Position numbers and translations under genes: made by a program
In this document: positions 12,801 through 26,760 of the stretch, one piece after another
Layout: the number at the start of each line of letters is the position of its first letter
Position numbering within the stretch: the stretch's first letter is position 1
NCBI GenBank assembly: GCA_024704765.1
Contig: JAKMXF010000066.1
Span: forward strand, 689,854 to 753,853
Direction of reading: 5' to 3'
DNA: 64,000 nucleotides
Source of the DNA: Oopsacas minuta
Lineage: Eukaryota; Animalia; Porifera
The notes under the pieces: generated by a model
The model's database searches: none
What the model saw: only the letters and a program-made list of their open reading frames with translations
What the model was told of the DNA's origin: nothing

Positions 12801-15800
12801 CACTCACTGTAAGGCAAAAAGTTCTCAGAGGTGATAATGTCGAATGAATTTATCCATCTGCGTTTGGCTATGAGATGATCCAATGACAGTATACATGTTT
12901 TTATGGAAGGGGAATTTGCTTTATCACCCAAAAATAAATCGTGAATATTGAAAAAAAGTGGTTTGGATGAAGCATCCGGTAATTGTTCAAAACTGATAGG
13001 TGGAATTATCTCTATTTGTTGGAGGTGTGTGGTAGTTTCACTCGCATCTGAAAGAATGAATGTGGTTATTTTCCTTGCGAAAGCTATTGTAATGAACGAA
13101 TCTTCGAAGTATGATTTAAGGACAGGGATATCTGAGAAAATATTCAGAATTCGATCTTTGTTTCTATCAAAACTGGAGTCATCTTCATACTCCGAATTCT
13201 GAGTGGGCAAATTCCTTGAAAATAGCCTAAAAGGCACAATTCCAGATTGTTTGTCGTTGCTAGCGACAGAAGATACACTTTTAATACTCTGTAATTTTTC
13301 GTCTTCAGAAACTGAAACGCGTTTTGATAATCCTAACGGCTGAGTAGGTAAACACACAAATGTTGCTAGTTTAGATAACACTTTGCTATGAGTAGATATA
13401 TAATGAAGGGATGATTCATTGAGGGAATATTTAACAAGTGGATCTTTGGGTTTGGATGTGTCGGGACCGATAAATGGAGAAACGTGGAACGTAGTTGACA
13501 CTTCCAGGAGATTAGTCCCTACACATTGTGTAAAGAATCCAAATCGCCAAATATGGGGAATAATTTCCAATGAGTTCTTTATCATAGCTTGGAGGGATTT
13601 TGGGAGAAAAGGTTGCAAATTCAGTATTATTAAATCTCTTTTATGCTCATATGACAACTCTCTTTTCGTATTGAAATGTGAAGCATACCATGTGAGGAAT
13701 TCTGCAATTCTGACAATTCTGACATCCTAAAAATAGACTTGATACACATTGTACTAGAGGTTTCATTACAAAATTTGGTACTCGTGTTACGAACTTGAAC
13801 TATAGTTCATCCTATTGTTAATTCAAAATAACTACTAAGCAAATGGTCTGCACAGTATAAAGAATATTATGATGTATTGATCTTATTGTACTACTGGAGT
13901 AAACATGTAATGTCAACAATGTTTTGTGAACAAGTTACTGGAAATTGTTTTGAGACTGATGTGAATGTAACTTGCGAGATATTAGGGTATCTTACAGCTA
14001 CACAAAGTTAACTAACCTTTGCAGTTTGTGGACGTGGTTCAATATTGATAGAACAAAAGGCTGTTGTTGAGGTGGTCAGAACGTCTTGCAAGTTTTCTTT
14101 GTTTAAAATCTAAATAAACCACATTTGAATCGGAAACTTCACGAATAAATACCACACAAAGTTCAGGTTAGTAGCTTCCACAGGAAAATTCAGATATTCT
14201 TCCTAACAATTAGTACAAGATTTGATCGTTTGTTTTGAGAAAAGTACGTACTAACAGAAAGTAAGTCATAAGCCGAGTACATACTAACCGAGTTCTACTG
14301 TATTTGTAAATTGGACTGGACCCCTTGTCCCATGGCCATGTGACCCACGTAAGTAGTATTGCCATAAACATGGACGACTAATATTAAGCATTAGAGCTCA
14401 TCATAATTTCTGTATTGTCGTATACAAATCTACACTGTAGAAATATACACAGATAATTGTGGTAGACCAATTAGATTTACTGTAGACATACGTATTTAAT
14501 ATTTAGATATTTTTAGCCAAATGTAATTACTTAAAATTACAACAACAACAAAAAGTAATAAAAACAGATCACGTATGACACAAAATATAAACAAAAGTTA
14601 TACATAACAAGCTACGTAGTTCTACCTTTGCTTTAATATTGCCGAGTATACAATTTCCTATAACGAAGACTAATCGTGTATCAGTTTGTTTGAGAGCAAA
14701 GTCTCTAAATCTATCTCTCTTATTTGACGTATACGTCAAGGTTCTGAGGCCTTTTGAAGCAATGAAGCTCTCATCGAGTGCGTGTAACTTCAAAATCTTA
14801 AATTGTAGGTCCAAAAGGCTAGAGAGAAATGTAGAAGTTAGGAAAACGGAAAAACAGTGTTTTGACAAAAATGTTTATTAGATTTTAACCATGGATGGTG
14901 AATTTCTTAACTTTGTTTTGTTTATTAGTTCCTATTCCAAGAAATATGATAGTTTTGTTAGAAACAGCTCACCCCTTCTGGAACAATATTTATTATTTTA
15001 ACACGGACATTTATTAGTTCTGTATCCCTTAATTAACCTAAATGTAAAGTACACAATCATCAAATGAAGTCAAAAGATACAGAAAGATAGTCGCATATCT
15101 TTGGGAAGAGAACTTACAAATCCTATGAGAATTCCTGAAAAAACAAACAAACAAACAACAAACAAATGCTACGTAATACCATGTTCGGAAATTTCTAGGT
15201 AATTTTCATGAATAACCCGAACTAACTGACTCTTATAATTAATCATAGTCCAAATTGTGGCTGTATGAAGTATTTGCAATTTTAGCTAACGTATTATAGC
15301 CACATTCTAGATAATATTAGATGAGTAAGCTTCCAGTATATGAAACCGTTCACCACAGAAAATGATCATTATTACATGATGTAATTACCCTACGATGGAA
15401 TATGGAATAAATTGAAACCAGCAGTATTAACCTCAATAGATTACTGAATCAGTTATCTAGAACTACGGTTGGAACTAGAACTAGAACAAATGGGTGTTAA
15501 CATACACCAACAAAGTAGATACATGAGTGTATTCAAATCAGTTTATCCACTAGAAGATACTATACAAGGAAATGGAGCCTCAATACAGAGATTCAATTTC
15601 AAAAATACTGGCAATGCTTTGGAGAAATGCTAAAACCTGATAAGTCAAGAGATTTTGTCACCTATCTGAGAGAGTTTAGTTCAGATATTTGAAAGAGCCT
15701 TTGATGTAGCATATTTCATAGATATGCCAAATCTCAAGTTTGTAGCTCTTACTTATTCTTCAATAAACTCAGACAAAAAAGTTTCAATAATAATTGTATA

Positions 15801-18800
15801 TTCAACAGGTCAACCAATATTCATATCAGAAACTCTATATTCAGAATTAACAGGAAATTCCTTTAGAAATGGAGAGGAATGTGATTGAATATTCAGCTGA
15901 ACCTTGGCTCCGAATAAAATATGAATAATCTATATTCCATAAAAGTGAATGAAAGTATGTAAATTTGTATTTCCAGCAATAGATCGACGAGTAAACTCTA
16001 TGAACCCTAACAGATGTACGTTCTATCGCTAACTAAAAAGCATTGAATATGTTAACTCCATAAATAGAGATTTCTAACCACCAACAAGATAGTGCAGTTG
16101 TTCTGGTCTATTCATTCCAGAAACTTACTGTAATACAACTCATGAATATGGAAATACATGATATATCCCAGAAGATCGTAACTATTATTATAATCTCCCT
16201 ATTAAATACACAGAACCAATATTCCTGGGGTATAGAACCTAGTAGCACTCGCTACAATGAACTTAGGAGAAAGTAGAAGAATATTCTCTTACGCAACATA
16301 TGAATAATATCTAATATACAAATTCTCAGAAAATGTATTAGGTCAAAGTATTTGTATAATTACATAAGATCATTGAAGTTAGTTTTTGCTGTTTGTATTC
16401 ACTGGAATTTTTGTAAATTCTCACAAAATATAGGAGAAGTAAATCAATAAACTCTGACTTTATCCAAAATATTAAACTTAAAAGTGGAAATCCACCTTTT
16501 GATTCAAGAGGAGCATCTCTAGAACCATTGAAAGATAATGAAGTAGCTCCACAAATTGGAACAGATATCTAGAACTCTGAAGTGTGAATCCCATCAACTG
16601 ATTATTGATGTAACATAAGAATTAGTTTGTCTGTTGTATATCTACTTGTCTTAGTATTTACTTTACTATTGTCTATTACCCAATATAGATAATCCAGGTC
16701 AGTAGCTATGTGTTACAATAACTTTGGTAGTCATTATGTATCAGTAAAATTACATATAAGATAATAATAAATGAATCTTGGAATTTGCAAGTATATTTGA
16801 GGAAGAAAAGTTGATCAGATTGAAAACAGCTGTCCAAATTACAATCCTAGATATTTCAATAAGATTCTGTTGAATATACAAAACTAATAATACCATATGA
16901 ATTCCAAATATACTTTCACAACTACAAAACAGTTATCCTTCTTTAAATACAAAATACTTTTCAAATATTCTACATGTGTTCACACTATGCCTGTAGAATA
17001 TACAAATACATAATTCATACTAGGATATAATATAAATTAAGAGAGGGGTAGACAAAGTACAAACATTTCTGCAACTTCTAAGATGATATCAACTAACAAG
17101 GTAATTATCCTTATAATACTCATATTATATTGTTTTGTACTGGTCAAAGGCAACTGTGGAAATAGCGAAATAGACTGCAATAATGGTAGAATTGGTTATG
17201 ACTGCCGTATTAATGGACAAGACACAGATGCAATACAACAAAAAATGTACGAATGTTCTCAAGGAAATCGGGTCGACCTCAATATTTACATCATGCAAGG
17301 GGGAGAAGGCGTTACATTAAATCTAAGCTTACCGAGTAATATAGAAGGTTTGAGTTTGAATAATAACATCGAGACAACGTGTCATGTTGAAACTTCTTTG
17401 ATAAATTCAAATATTACAACAATAGAATTTCACGGCTATGAAGTATTCATCAATCATAACGACTTTTTCACATATTTCCCGAACGTTAAGCAGATCTACT
17501 TGGATTACTTAGGATCGAATTTAATGCCATTTTTCACTGAGAATATACATACAACTAGCATAGAAGTATTCGAATCATCAATAACGGAAGGAAATGGTGT
17601 CATAGATCGGAGTATGATAGGGGGACTAGAGAAATTAGAGCAATTTAGATGGTATTATGGAAATATAAAAAAATTAATGCCCGATTCTTTTAACGGAACA
17701 AAAGTTTTAAGATATTTGGGCTTTATAGGTAATAAGATTCATGAGTTATATGACTGTACTTTCCTGGGTTTACTGAATTTGCAATATCTGTATCTGGGAG
17801 GTAATGACATAACCAAAGTTGGAAAGTACACATTCATCGGTCTGGAAGATTTACAAGTCGTACGCTTGGAAAACAATCCATCATTTCCATTATCGACTCT
17901 TACAGTAGCGAAGAAAATTAGAGAACTAAACATAGAGAATTATAATCCTGCGTTATTGAATCCAGAAATTTTTCAACAACTCCCAAGATTATCAGATTTA
18001 AAGATGAGAGAAATTTCATTTGATTGCACCTGTGAAATGGAGTGGATGTCAAAAATAGAAAATGAGTATAGGATCCGAATATATATAAACTCAAGAGGGT
18101 ATTGCCCGAGAAATCCAAGCCTCCAAGTAGACGATCCCAGCCTTTATGTAAACTGTAGTAACCCCAGTTATCAGTGCCTCGATCGTTCAATAGTATGTCC
18201 TGGGGATAATACGTGGTATAAAGTTGATACAGAAGATGGTTGTAACTGTACTTATCCACCAGAACGTGCCTTCTACAATGATAGTAGTTTCGTATGTTCA
18301 GACATAGATGAGTGTGAAGACAGTAGTATTATATGTCAAGGTAACTGTACTAACACAATTGGTTCCTACACATGTGATTGTCGTGAAGGATACATTAATC
18401 TCAATGAAACGTTCTGTAATGACGTGAATGAATGCGGGGTAGATAATGGAGGTTGTGAACACAATTGTACCAACACCATCGGTTCATTTCTATGTTCTTG
18501 TATCCAAGGATACACTGAAAATGGAACAGAATGCATTGACATAGATGAATGCGAGGTAAACAATGGAGGTTGTGATCAGAATTGTACTAACATCAACGGT
18601 TCATTTCTATGTTCTTGTTTCCAAGGATACATTGAAAATGGAACAAAATGCATTGACATAGATGAATGCGAGGTAAACAATGGAGGTTGTGAACAGAATT
18701 GTACTAACATAATTGGTTCATTCGATTGTTCATGTTTTGATGGATTCAACAAATCCCCTACCAACAGTAGTGACTGTGATATCGCTCCTGTCAATCCTCA

Positions 18801-21800
18801 AATCTTCAACTTTGGTGAGACTGAATTCATTCTCATCATATTCGGTGTTATAGTTTTCGTTCTACTCGTATTGCTTATCCTGATATTCATAGTAATCTTG
18901 TTCTGTTTCTTTACGAAGAGATGGTCATATTCACCCAAACAGATACCTGGGTATAATCCTACAATTGCTGAATTAGACAAGAAGAAAGCCAATGAATCTA
19001 CCGTCATACAAAACCCACTTTCTGACTCAGTAGTATACTCTTCAGAACCCTTCAAAGAGAACAAAGTATCTCCACAGGTGTGATCAGATACTCTCACATC
19101 TGAACTCATAATCACGTCAGCTGATTGTTAAGTTATGTTTTACATTATTCTATTAAGGTGTCTGTTGTAAGTATTTACTTTTGTACATATTTATTCACAT
19201 TTTGTTTATATTCTATTCATATCTATTCTAGGCTTGTAAATATTTCCTTACAATGACTTTGTAAGTAATTTCATATCTTTTGTTGTTGATTAGTGCTAAT
19301 TTGTGTGATAATAAACTGATTTGTATTTACAACACTGATACAATTCCTTAAACACAAACTTACAGAATATTGTTTGATATTAGCAATATTATATTTTAAG
19401 GATATTTGTTCTTACAATAATTCTATAGATGGAACCATAGGAGTAGTATACAGACTATAATAGAATGTTTATGGCATATACAACTTAGGCTCATAATCAG
19501 CTGTTTTACAATCACTCAACTCTGATTGAATCGATACCAGTAAAACGGAATTAATCTGTATGTACATATGTGTGTGTGTAGTATATGTTTATGTTTGTAT
19601 GTTTAGAATTGATTGAAGGAACTGGAAGACCTACAGGGCTGATTTTAGGGTACAGGTGTATTATGGGTCTAGAACTAATGAGTATTAACATACACCAACA
19701 AAGTAGATACATGAGTGTATTCAAATCAGTTTATCCATTACAAGATACTGTACAAGGAAATACGAGCCTCAATACAGAGATTCAATTTCAAAGTACTGGC
19801 TATGCTTGGGTGAAATGCTAAAATCTGATAAGTCAAGAGATTTTGTCACCTATCCGAGAGAGTTTTAGTTCAGATATTTGAAAGAGCCTTTGATGTAGCA
19901 TATTTCATAGATATGCCAAATCTCAAGTTTGTAGCTCTTACTTATTCTTCAATAAACTCAGACAAAAAAGTTTCAGTAATAATTGTATATTCAACAGGTC
20001 AACCAATATTCATATCAGAAACCTTATATTCATAATTAACAGGAAATTCCTTTAGAAATGGAGAGGAATGTGATTGAATATTCAGCTGAACCTTGGCTCC
20101 GAATAAAATATGAATAATCTATATTCCATAAAAGTGAATGAAAGTATGTAGATTTGTATTTCCAGCAATAGATCGACGAGTAAACTCTATGAACCCTAAC
20201 AGATGTACGTTCTATCGCTAAATAAACGCATTGAATATGTTAACTCCATAAATAGAGATTTCTAACCACCAACAAGATAGTGCAGTTGTTCAGGTCTATT
20301 CATTCCAGAAACTTACTGTAATACAACTCATGAATATGGAAATACATGATATATCCCAGAAGATCGTAACTATTATTATAATCTCCCTATTAAATACACA
20401 GAACCAATATTCCTGGGGTATAGAACCTAGTAGCACTCGCTACAATGAACTTAGGAGAAAGTAGAAGAATATTCTCTTACGCAACATATGAATAATATCT
20501 AATATACAAATTCTCAGAAAATGTATTAGGTCAAAGTATTTGTATAATTACATAAGATCATTGAAGTTAGTTTTTGCTGTTTGTATTCACTGGAATTTTT
20601 GTAAATTCTCACAAAATATAGGAGAAGTAAATCAATAAACTCTGACTTTATCCAAAATATTAAACTTAAAAGTGGAAATCCACCTTTGATTCAAGAGGAG
20701 CATCTCTAGAACCATTGAAAGATAATGAAGTAGCTCCACAAATTGGAACAGATATCTAGAACTCTGAAGTGTGAATCCAATCAACTGATTATTGATGTAA
20801 CATAAGAATTAGTTTGTCTGTTGTATATCTACTTGTCTTAGTATTTACTTTACTATTGTCTATTACCCAATATAAATAATCCAGGTCAGTAGCTATGTGT
20901 TACAATAACTTTGGTAGTCATTATGTATCAGTAAAACTACATATAAGATAATAATAAATGAATCTTTGGAATTTGAAGTATATTTGAGGAAGAAAAGTTG
21001 ATCAGATTGAAAACAGCTGTCCAAATTACAATCCTAGATATTTCAATAAGGTTATCAGAAAGAAAATAAGATTCTGTTGAATATACAAAACTAATAATAC
21101 CATGTGAATTCCAAATATACTTTCACAACTACAAAACAGTTATCCTTCTTCAAATACAAAATACTTTTCAAATATTCTACATGTGTTCACACTATGCCTG
21201 TAGAATATACAAATACAATTCATACTAGGATATAATATAAATTAAGAGAGGGGTAGACAAAGTACAAACATTCCTGCAACTTCTAAGATGATATCAACTA
21301 ACAAGGTAATTATCCTTATAATACTNNNNNNNNNNNNNNNNNNNNNNNNNNNNNNNNNNNNNNNNNNNNNNNNNNNNNNNNNNNNNNNNNNNNNNNNNNN
21401 NNNNNNNNNNNNNNNNNNNNNNNNNNNNNNNNNNNNNNNNNNNNNNNNNNNNNNNNNNNNNNNNNNNNNNNNNNNNNNNNNNNNNNNNNNNNNNNNNNNN
21501 NNNNNNNNNNNNNNNNNNNNNNNNNNNNNNNNNNNNNNNNNNNNNNNNNNNNNNNNNNNNNNNNNNNNNNNNNNNNNNNNNNNNNNNNNNNNNNNNNNNN
21601 NNNNNNNNNNNNNNNNNNNNNNNNNNNNNNNNNNNNNNNNNNNNNNNNNNNNNNNNNNNNNNNNNNNNNNNNNNNNNNNNNNNNNNNNNNNNNNNNNNNN
21701 NNNNNNNNNNNNNNNNNNNNNNNNNNNNNNNNNNNNNNNNNNNNNNNNNNNNNNNNNNNNNNNNNNNNNNNNNNNNNNNNNNNNNNNNNNNNNNNNNNNN

Positions 21801-24800
21801 NNNNNNNNNNNNNNNNNNNNNNNNNNNNNNNNNNNNNNNNNNNNNNNNNNNNNNNNNNNNNNNNNNNNNNNNNNNNNNNNNNNNNNNNNNNNNNNNNNNN
21901 NNNNNNNNNNNNNNNNNNNNNNNNNNNNNNNNNNNNNNNNNNNNNNNNNNNNNNNNNNNNNNNNNNNNNNNNNNNNNNNNNNNNNNNNNNNNNNNNNNNN
22001 NNNNNNNNNNNNNNNNNNNNNNNNNNNNNNNNNNNNNNNNNNNNNNNNNNNNNNNNNNNNNNNNNNNNNNNNNNNNNNNNNNNNNNNNNNNNNNNNNNNN
22101 NNNNNNNNNNNNNNNNNNNNNNNNNNNNNNNNNNNNNNNNNNNNNNNNNNNNNNNNNNNNNNNNNNNNNNNNNNNNNNNNNNNNNNNNNNNNNNNNNNNN
22201 NNNNNNNNNNNNNNNNNNNNNNNNNNNNNNNNNNNNNNNNNNNNNNNNCTATTCATATATTCAGTGTTCTTGTTGAGTAAGAATCAATAATTATGGTACA
22301 AACCTCAATTATTTCATTAACATAGATATTATTCTTGTAGTTAGGTTTTGTCTCAATAATCATAAAATATCTTAGTTTATTAGCTGATTACTATCAATAC
22401 TGTATTTGGATTATCACTGACTTGTGAATTAGAATAATTCTTAAAGTTCAAATACTAGTAATTGCTAAAAGCATTCCGTCTGCACAGATTAAGAGAGATA
22501 CTTTTCTATCGCTTTAAATATTATAGGAAAACGAACAATACGGATTAAGCATGATTCTCCCACAATTTTGAAATTTGTTAACTTTATGTACCCAAAAGTA
22601 AACAAATATTTACAATATGTTGTTTACACACACACAATAATGATTTAATAATATCAATAATTATCTATGTCAGGTTACACTTGCGTTAATTAAATTAGAA
22701 TGAATCAACAAATATTTATTGTTTGGCTAATTACTTACGTGTAATTATTGTTTTGCTTATTCTATGTATATCTCTGAATTCTAGGAAATGTGAATAATAT
22801 GAACGAAGTAATATTAATTGCAATTAACAAGAGTTTCTTACGAATTCGATGGAAGTTCTACATTTTGACGTATGTCTTAGTGTTCGTATTATAGATTAGA
22901 GAATACTCGTAGATTTGCTCCAATATCTTTCAAAGTGGTTTTAGTCACGAAATACGAAATTAGAGGGTATGAAGGAATGCCAGAGGCACAGCAGACCCAA
23001 AGTGTATTTTAGTGGGACATTGGGCTATCAGTCAGTACCTGGCCTACCAAAAATAGAGACAAATAAGCATAAAGGAGGGGAGTATATTTCTGACAAATAA
23101 TAACATCAAAACACTTACTTGACTATTCCAAGTTGTCCAATATAATAACAGGTTTGTATGAAGAAGCAAAGCATTGTAGTCACCCCAAAAATAGAGAGAT
23201 CTTCATTTCTCTTTTTCATTAGAACAGATTGACAAATAGCTGCGTGAATATTTAGCGCATTGACAATGTTTACATAAAATATGATCTTGTTTTCATCATT
23301 AGCTAGTAGGAGTAAGTCAATTGTATGTAATGTCTCTAATAATTCTTCAAATTCAATATACTGTGGGTGTGATGCACACTCTGAAAGATATTCAAATCCT
23401 AGAAATTGATCTTCTTCCTGTAGCCGTTCTAAATTTAGATAACTTAAGGACACCCTTGGATGGGAAAACAGTCAAACTTGTCTATAACGGCCACGGAAGG
23501 GACTGGACAAGAGTAGCCGTTATGTACAGATGGCGGTTAAGCAAGCTTGCCTGTAATCACTAATGTATACCGTAACCAGGGATTATAGTATTCTATAATG
23601 AATCAACATTTCCCTAATGTGCTTCTATAACGTTGAAAAAGTAACAAATTCTTTTCTTAGTTACCCCGTTAGCATTTCGCCACACCCCTCAGTGAGGGAG
23701 GCGATGATCGAAGAGGTGTTTCTGGTATTTAATGTTTTCAATAAACAAGTCAGTATAATTCAGTTTAATAGTACAAACATCATAGTATGATTACCAGCTC
23801 ATCATTGATTACATTATTCATTGTAGGTATGTATAAATTACATTTGTGGCTTAGAAGTTTAATTGAACTCAGTGGTGAGTGTATATACCGCAGTATAATA
23901 GTGACATATGTATATTTATACTACCATATATGGAAGTAAAATAATAACAAAATAATAGTATTATTACCGTTCATAATGACTAATGCTTTAGTAATAATAG
24001 TCTCAGATAGAGTTAGGAGAGATTCTACTGTATCTATATTCCCACAATTCGGTCTGTTAATTGGATTGAGGGTAGGAGAGCATCGAGCAAGGAAGGGGAA
24101 GGCTAAATATAAGATAATAATAATACAAACACTCTTTAATAAGCCAATCAAATTACAGCCTCAGTAAGGTGTTATAAACCATATCCAATTCAGTCTATAT
24201 AAGATTGGTGAACCCTCAAATCTGATAGGTTAAGACATTTTGTTACCTATCCCAGAGAGTTTGAGAGACATTGGTCATAAATTGAAATCGGTTCCTATAT
24301 TTGTCACATGTCACACACATGCCAAATTTCCAGTTTGTAGCTCTCACCAGTTACTCAATAACAGAGTTACATAATAATCATTGACGTTTTCAACACGAGG
24401 GAATCCTCAAGATGGGACACTGGACCAACCAGAATTTGTACTCCAGATCAACTGCCGACAAAGTCCTAAATTCTAATCAGGTCTAGTATTATACATATGT
24501 TTTCAAGTATAATCCAGACCTGAATAAGAAAATCTGTAAACTATACAAAAACTTTGATAACAGTATTTGGCCATGGAAAGTCTAATATTACAAAAGTAAA
24601 TTACCTCAAAGTCCAAAGTAATAACTAACTTTCGGTAAATTACCTGATTATTATAAATCAACAACAGACAACAACAATGATTTTAGCATCCATTTTTACT
24701 CATAATTTTTCCAGTGCATTTAATGATTACTAAAATACAGTAAGAGTTTGTTATATTCCAGAAACAACATTAAATCACCTCGCGTGTTATGGCATCAGTA

Positions 24801-26710
24801 AGGGGAGAAGATATTAACAATAATGCATAATTTATATTACAAGCAAATGTAAGCTTATAAGAATATTAATATGGAAAGAAAGGTGGTTTTGTTTGAATTT
24901 ACTAATAAGTAATATTAGCTACATATCTGGCAAAAATATACTGAAATCAAACACAAGAATATTCTCCAAAATTCATCAGTGTAACAGTCATATCGACAGG
25001 TTTAAAATTTATTACTTAGCCACGAATAACAAGGGTGGCGTAAGGTGTTAAGTGGTGGTCAGGACATATCCTTAAATGTTGAAAGAAAATGGTTATATAT
25101 CCTACATGTTGAAGGTAATTTCCCAACAAATTCAATAATTAATAATTAACAAGAAAGCACAACATCTATGACGTAGGTGGAATATATAAAACACAGCTCT
25201 GAGCTAGTACAGATACTTCATAGAATGATACATTAATTCGCAATAGGTATGGTGTCAAAATTGGATTAATCATAAGATAAACATAGTATTGGAAGTAGTA
25301 GAATACAGAGAAATCGTTTTCACAATGTTTGGAAAAAGTTTTCATTTACGGAACACAAGTGGAATAGAAGCGTGTTTCTAGAATAGTTTTGAAGTTACAC
25401 ACAAAAGGTGTGAAAATATGAATAATCATAATTCATAAGATTTAATATAATTACCGTTGAACTTTGTAGAACAGCTGTTTAACGCTGGACAGGTGAATCT
25501 TATCATTATAAGAACTACATCCAAACGGATTGATTTAGCCAAATCTTCCAACCTAAACAACAACAAACAATAATACTACACAAGAACTCGGGTGAGATGG
25601 GAAACCAAATTCGTATGTATACTTTGAATTATTGTGAAAATAAATCTGTAACCATGGATTATAGTATACTTACATTTCTGGTTTAAGCTGTTTCTCAAAG
25701 ATGAGCCTTGCAACAATCTTTGAAGGACTTTCCTTTAAGAGAACCATTGAGCTTAGTGCTGTTGTGTCTATTCAATAGAAATCAGCAAATGAACCATGGA
25801 TATATTGAATTGTATTAACTTACTTTCTTGCAAATCATGCTTAATTAGAAAAGAGCGTATAGTTTCCAAATGTTGAAAAAAACAATCAAAATAACTACAG
25901 CTGTATTTCATTGAGTTCATTTGAGGGAACTCTACGCTTAAAGTGTCCAACTCCTCACCAATTGAACCTCTAGCCTGATCAGAGAGGTCTACTGTACCTA
26001 TACCCAGAGTATCGGGACTATCTGGTGTATCCTGAATAGTCAATACAGCATTGGATGGAATGAGAATACCTACAATGGATAAATTTCAAACTTATCAATA
26101 GCTTTGATCAGTGGTTTTATAGTCCCATTGCAGGGGATCAATATGTTACCGTCCAAAAAAGTGTCATCCTAGTTGGTGACAGCAGGGGGTTCATAAATAT
26201 ACAAACCTTCCCGATTAGTAGAAAATGCCTTGAATAGGTCATTAAGAGAGCTAGTGATGTTATCCATCATCATATCATTAACTAATCCCTGCTCCTCAAC
26301 AGCTAGTGTAGACCTAACAGCTCTAAAGAGCCTCTCTACAGCTCTGTACTGAAACTCACGAAGCTTCTTAAGAGATACGAAATAAGAGGGACGAAGAGAA
26401 TCTGCAAATTTGGTTAGCAGAAGGTTGGGGGTTAGAGCTTTCAGCATGTGTCCATTCCGTACTAATTGTAGCGGGAGTACTAGGTCGCCTGACGTCTTTA
26501 TTATCTCATTTATTGTCTGAAATAATCGATTGAATTAACACGACATTAACACTTCAAAAAGTTGAATAATATCTTACCTGTAGGAAGATTAAAGGTTGAG
26601 AGAGGGAATAGTTTTCGAAAATAAATTGTTTATCAAAAGCTTTGGTAGCTAGCGGCTTAAGTGATCCAGAAGATGTTGTCCTGGACAGTTTGGGGGCAAT
26701 AGCGCCTAAA

Positions 26711-26760
<50 letters not shown>

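Larger units (their letters stand above)
15475..21325 (+). repeat. Tandem segmental duplication, period ~4.2 kb (about 15475-17120 matches 19665-21325)
   Basis: Long near-identical stretches including the promoter and the first codons (MISTNKVIILII) of the receptor gene. Confidence 0.9.

Noticed and set aside
21288-22280. ORFs of 330 and 320 aa
   Set aside because: Artefacts of translating the N gap
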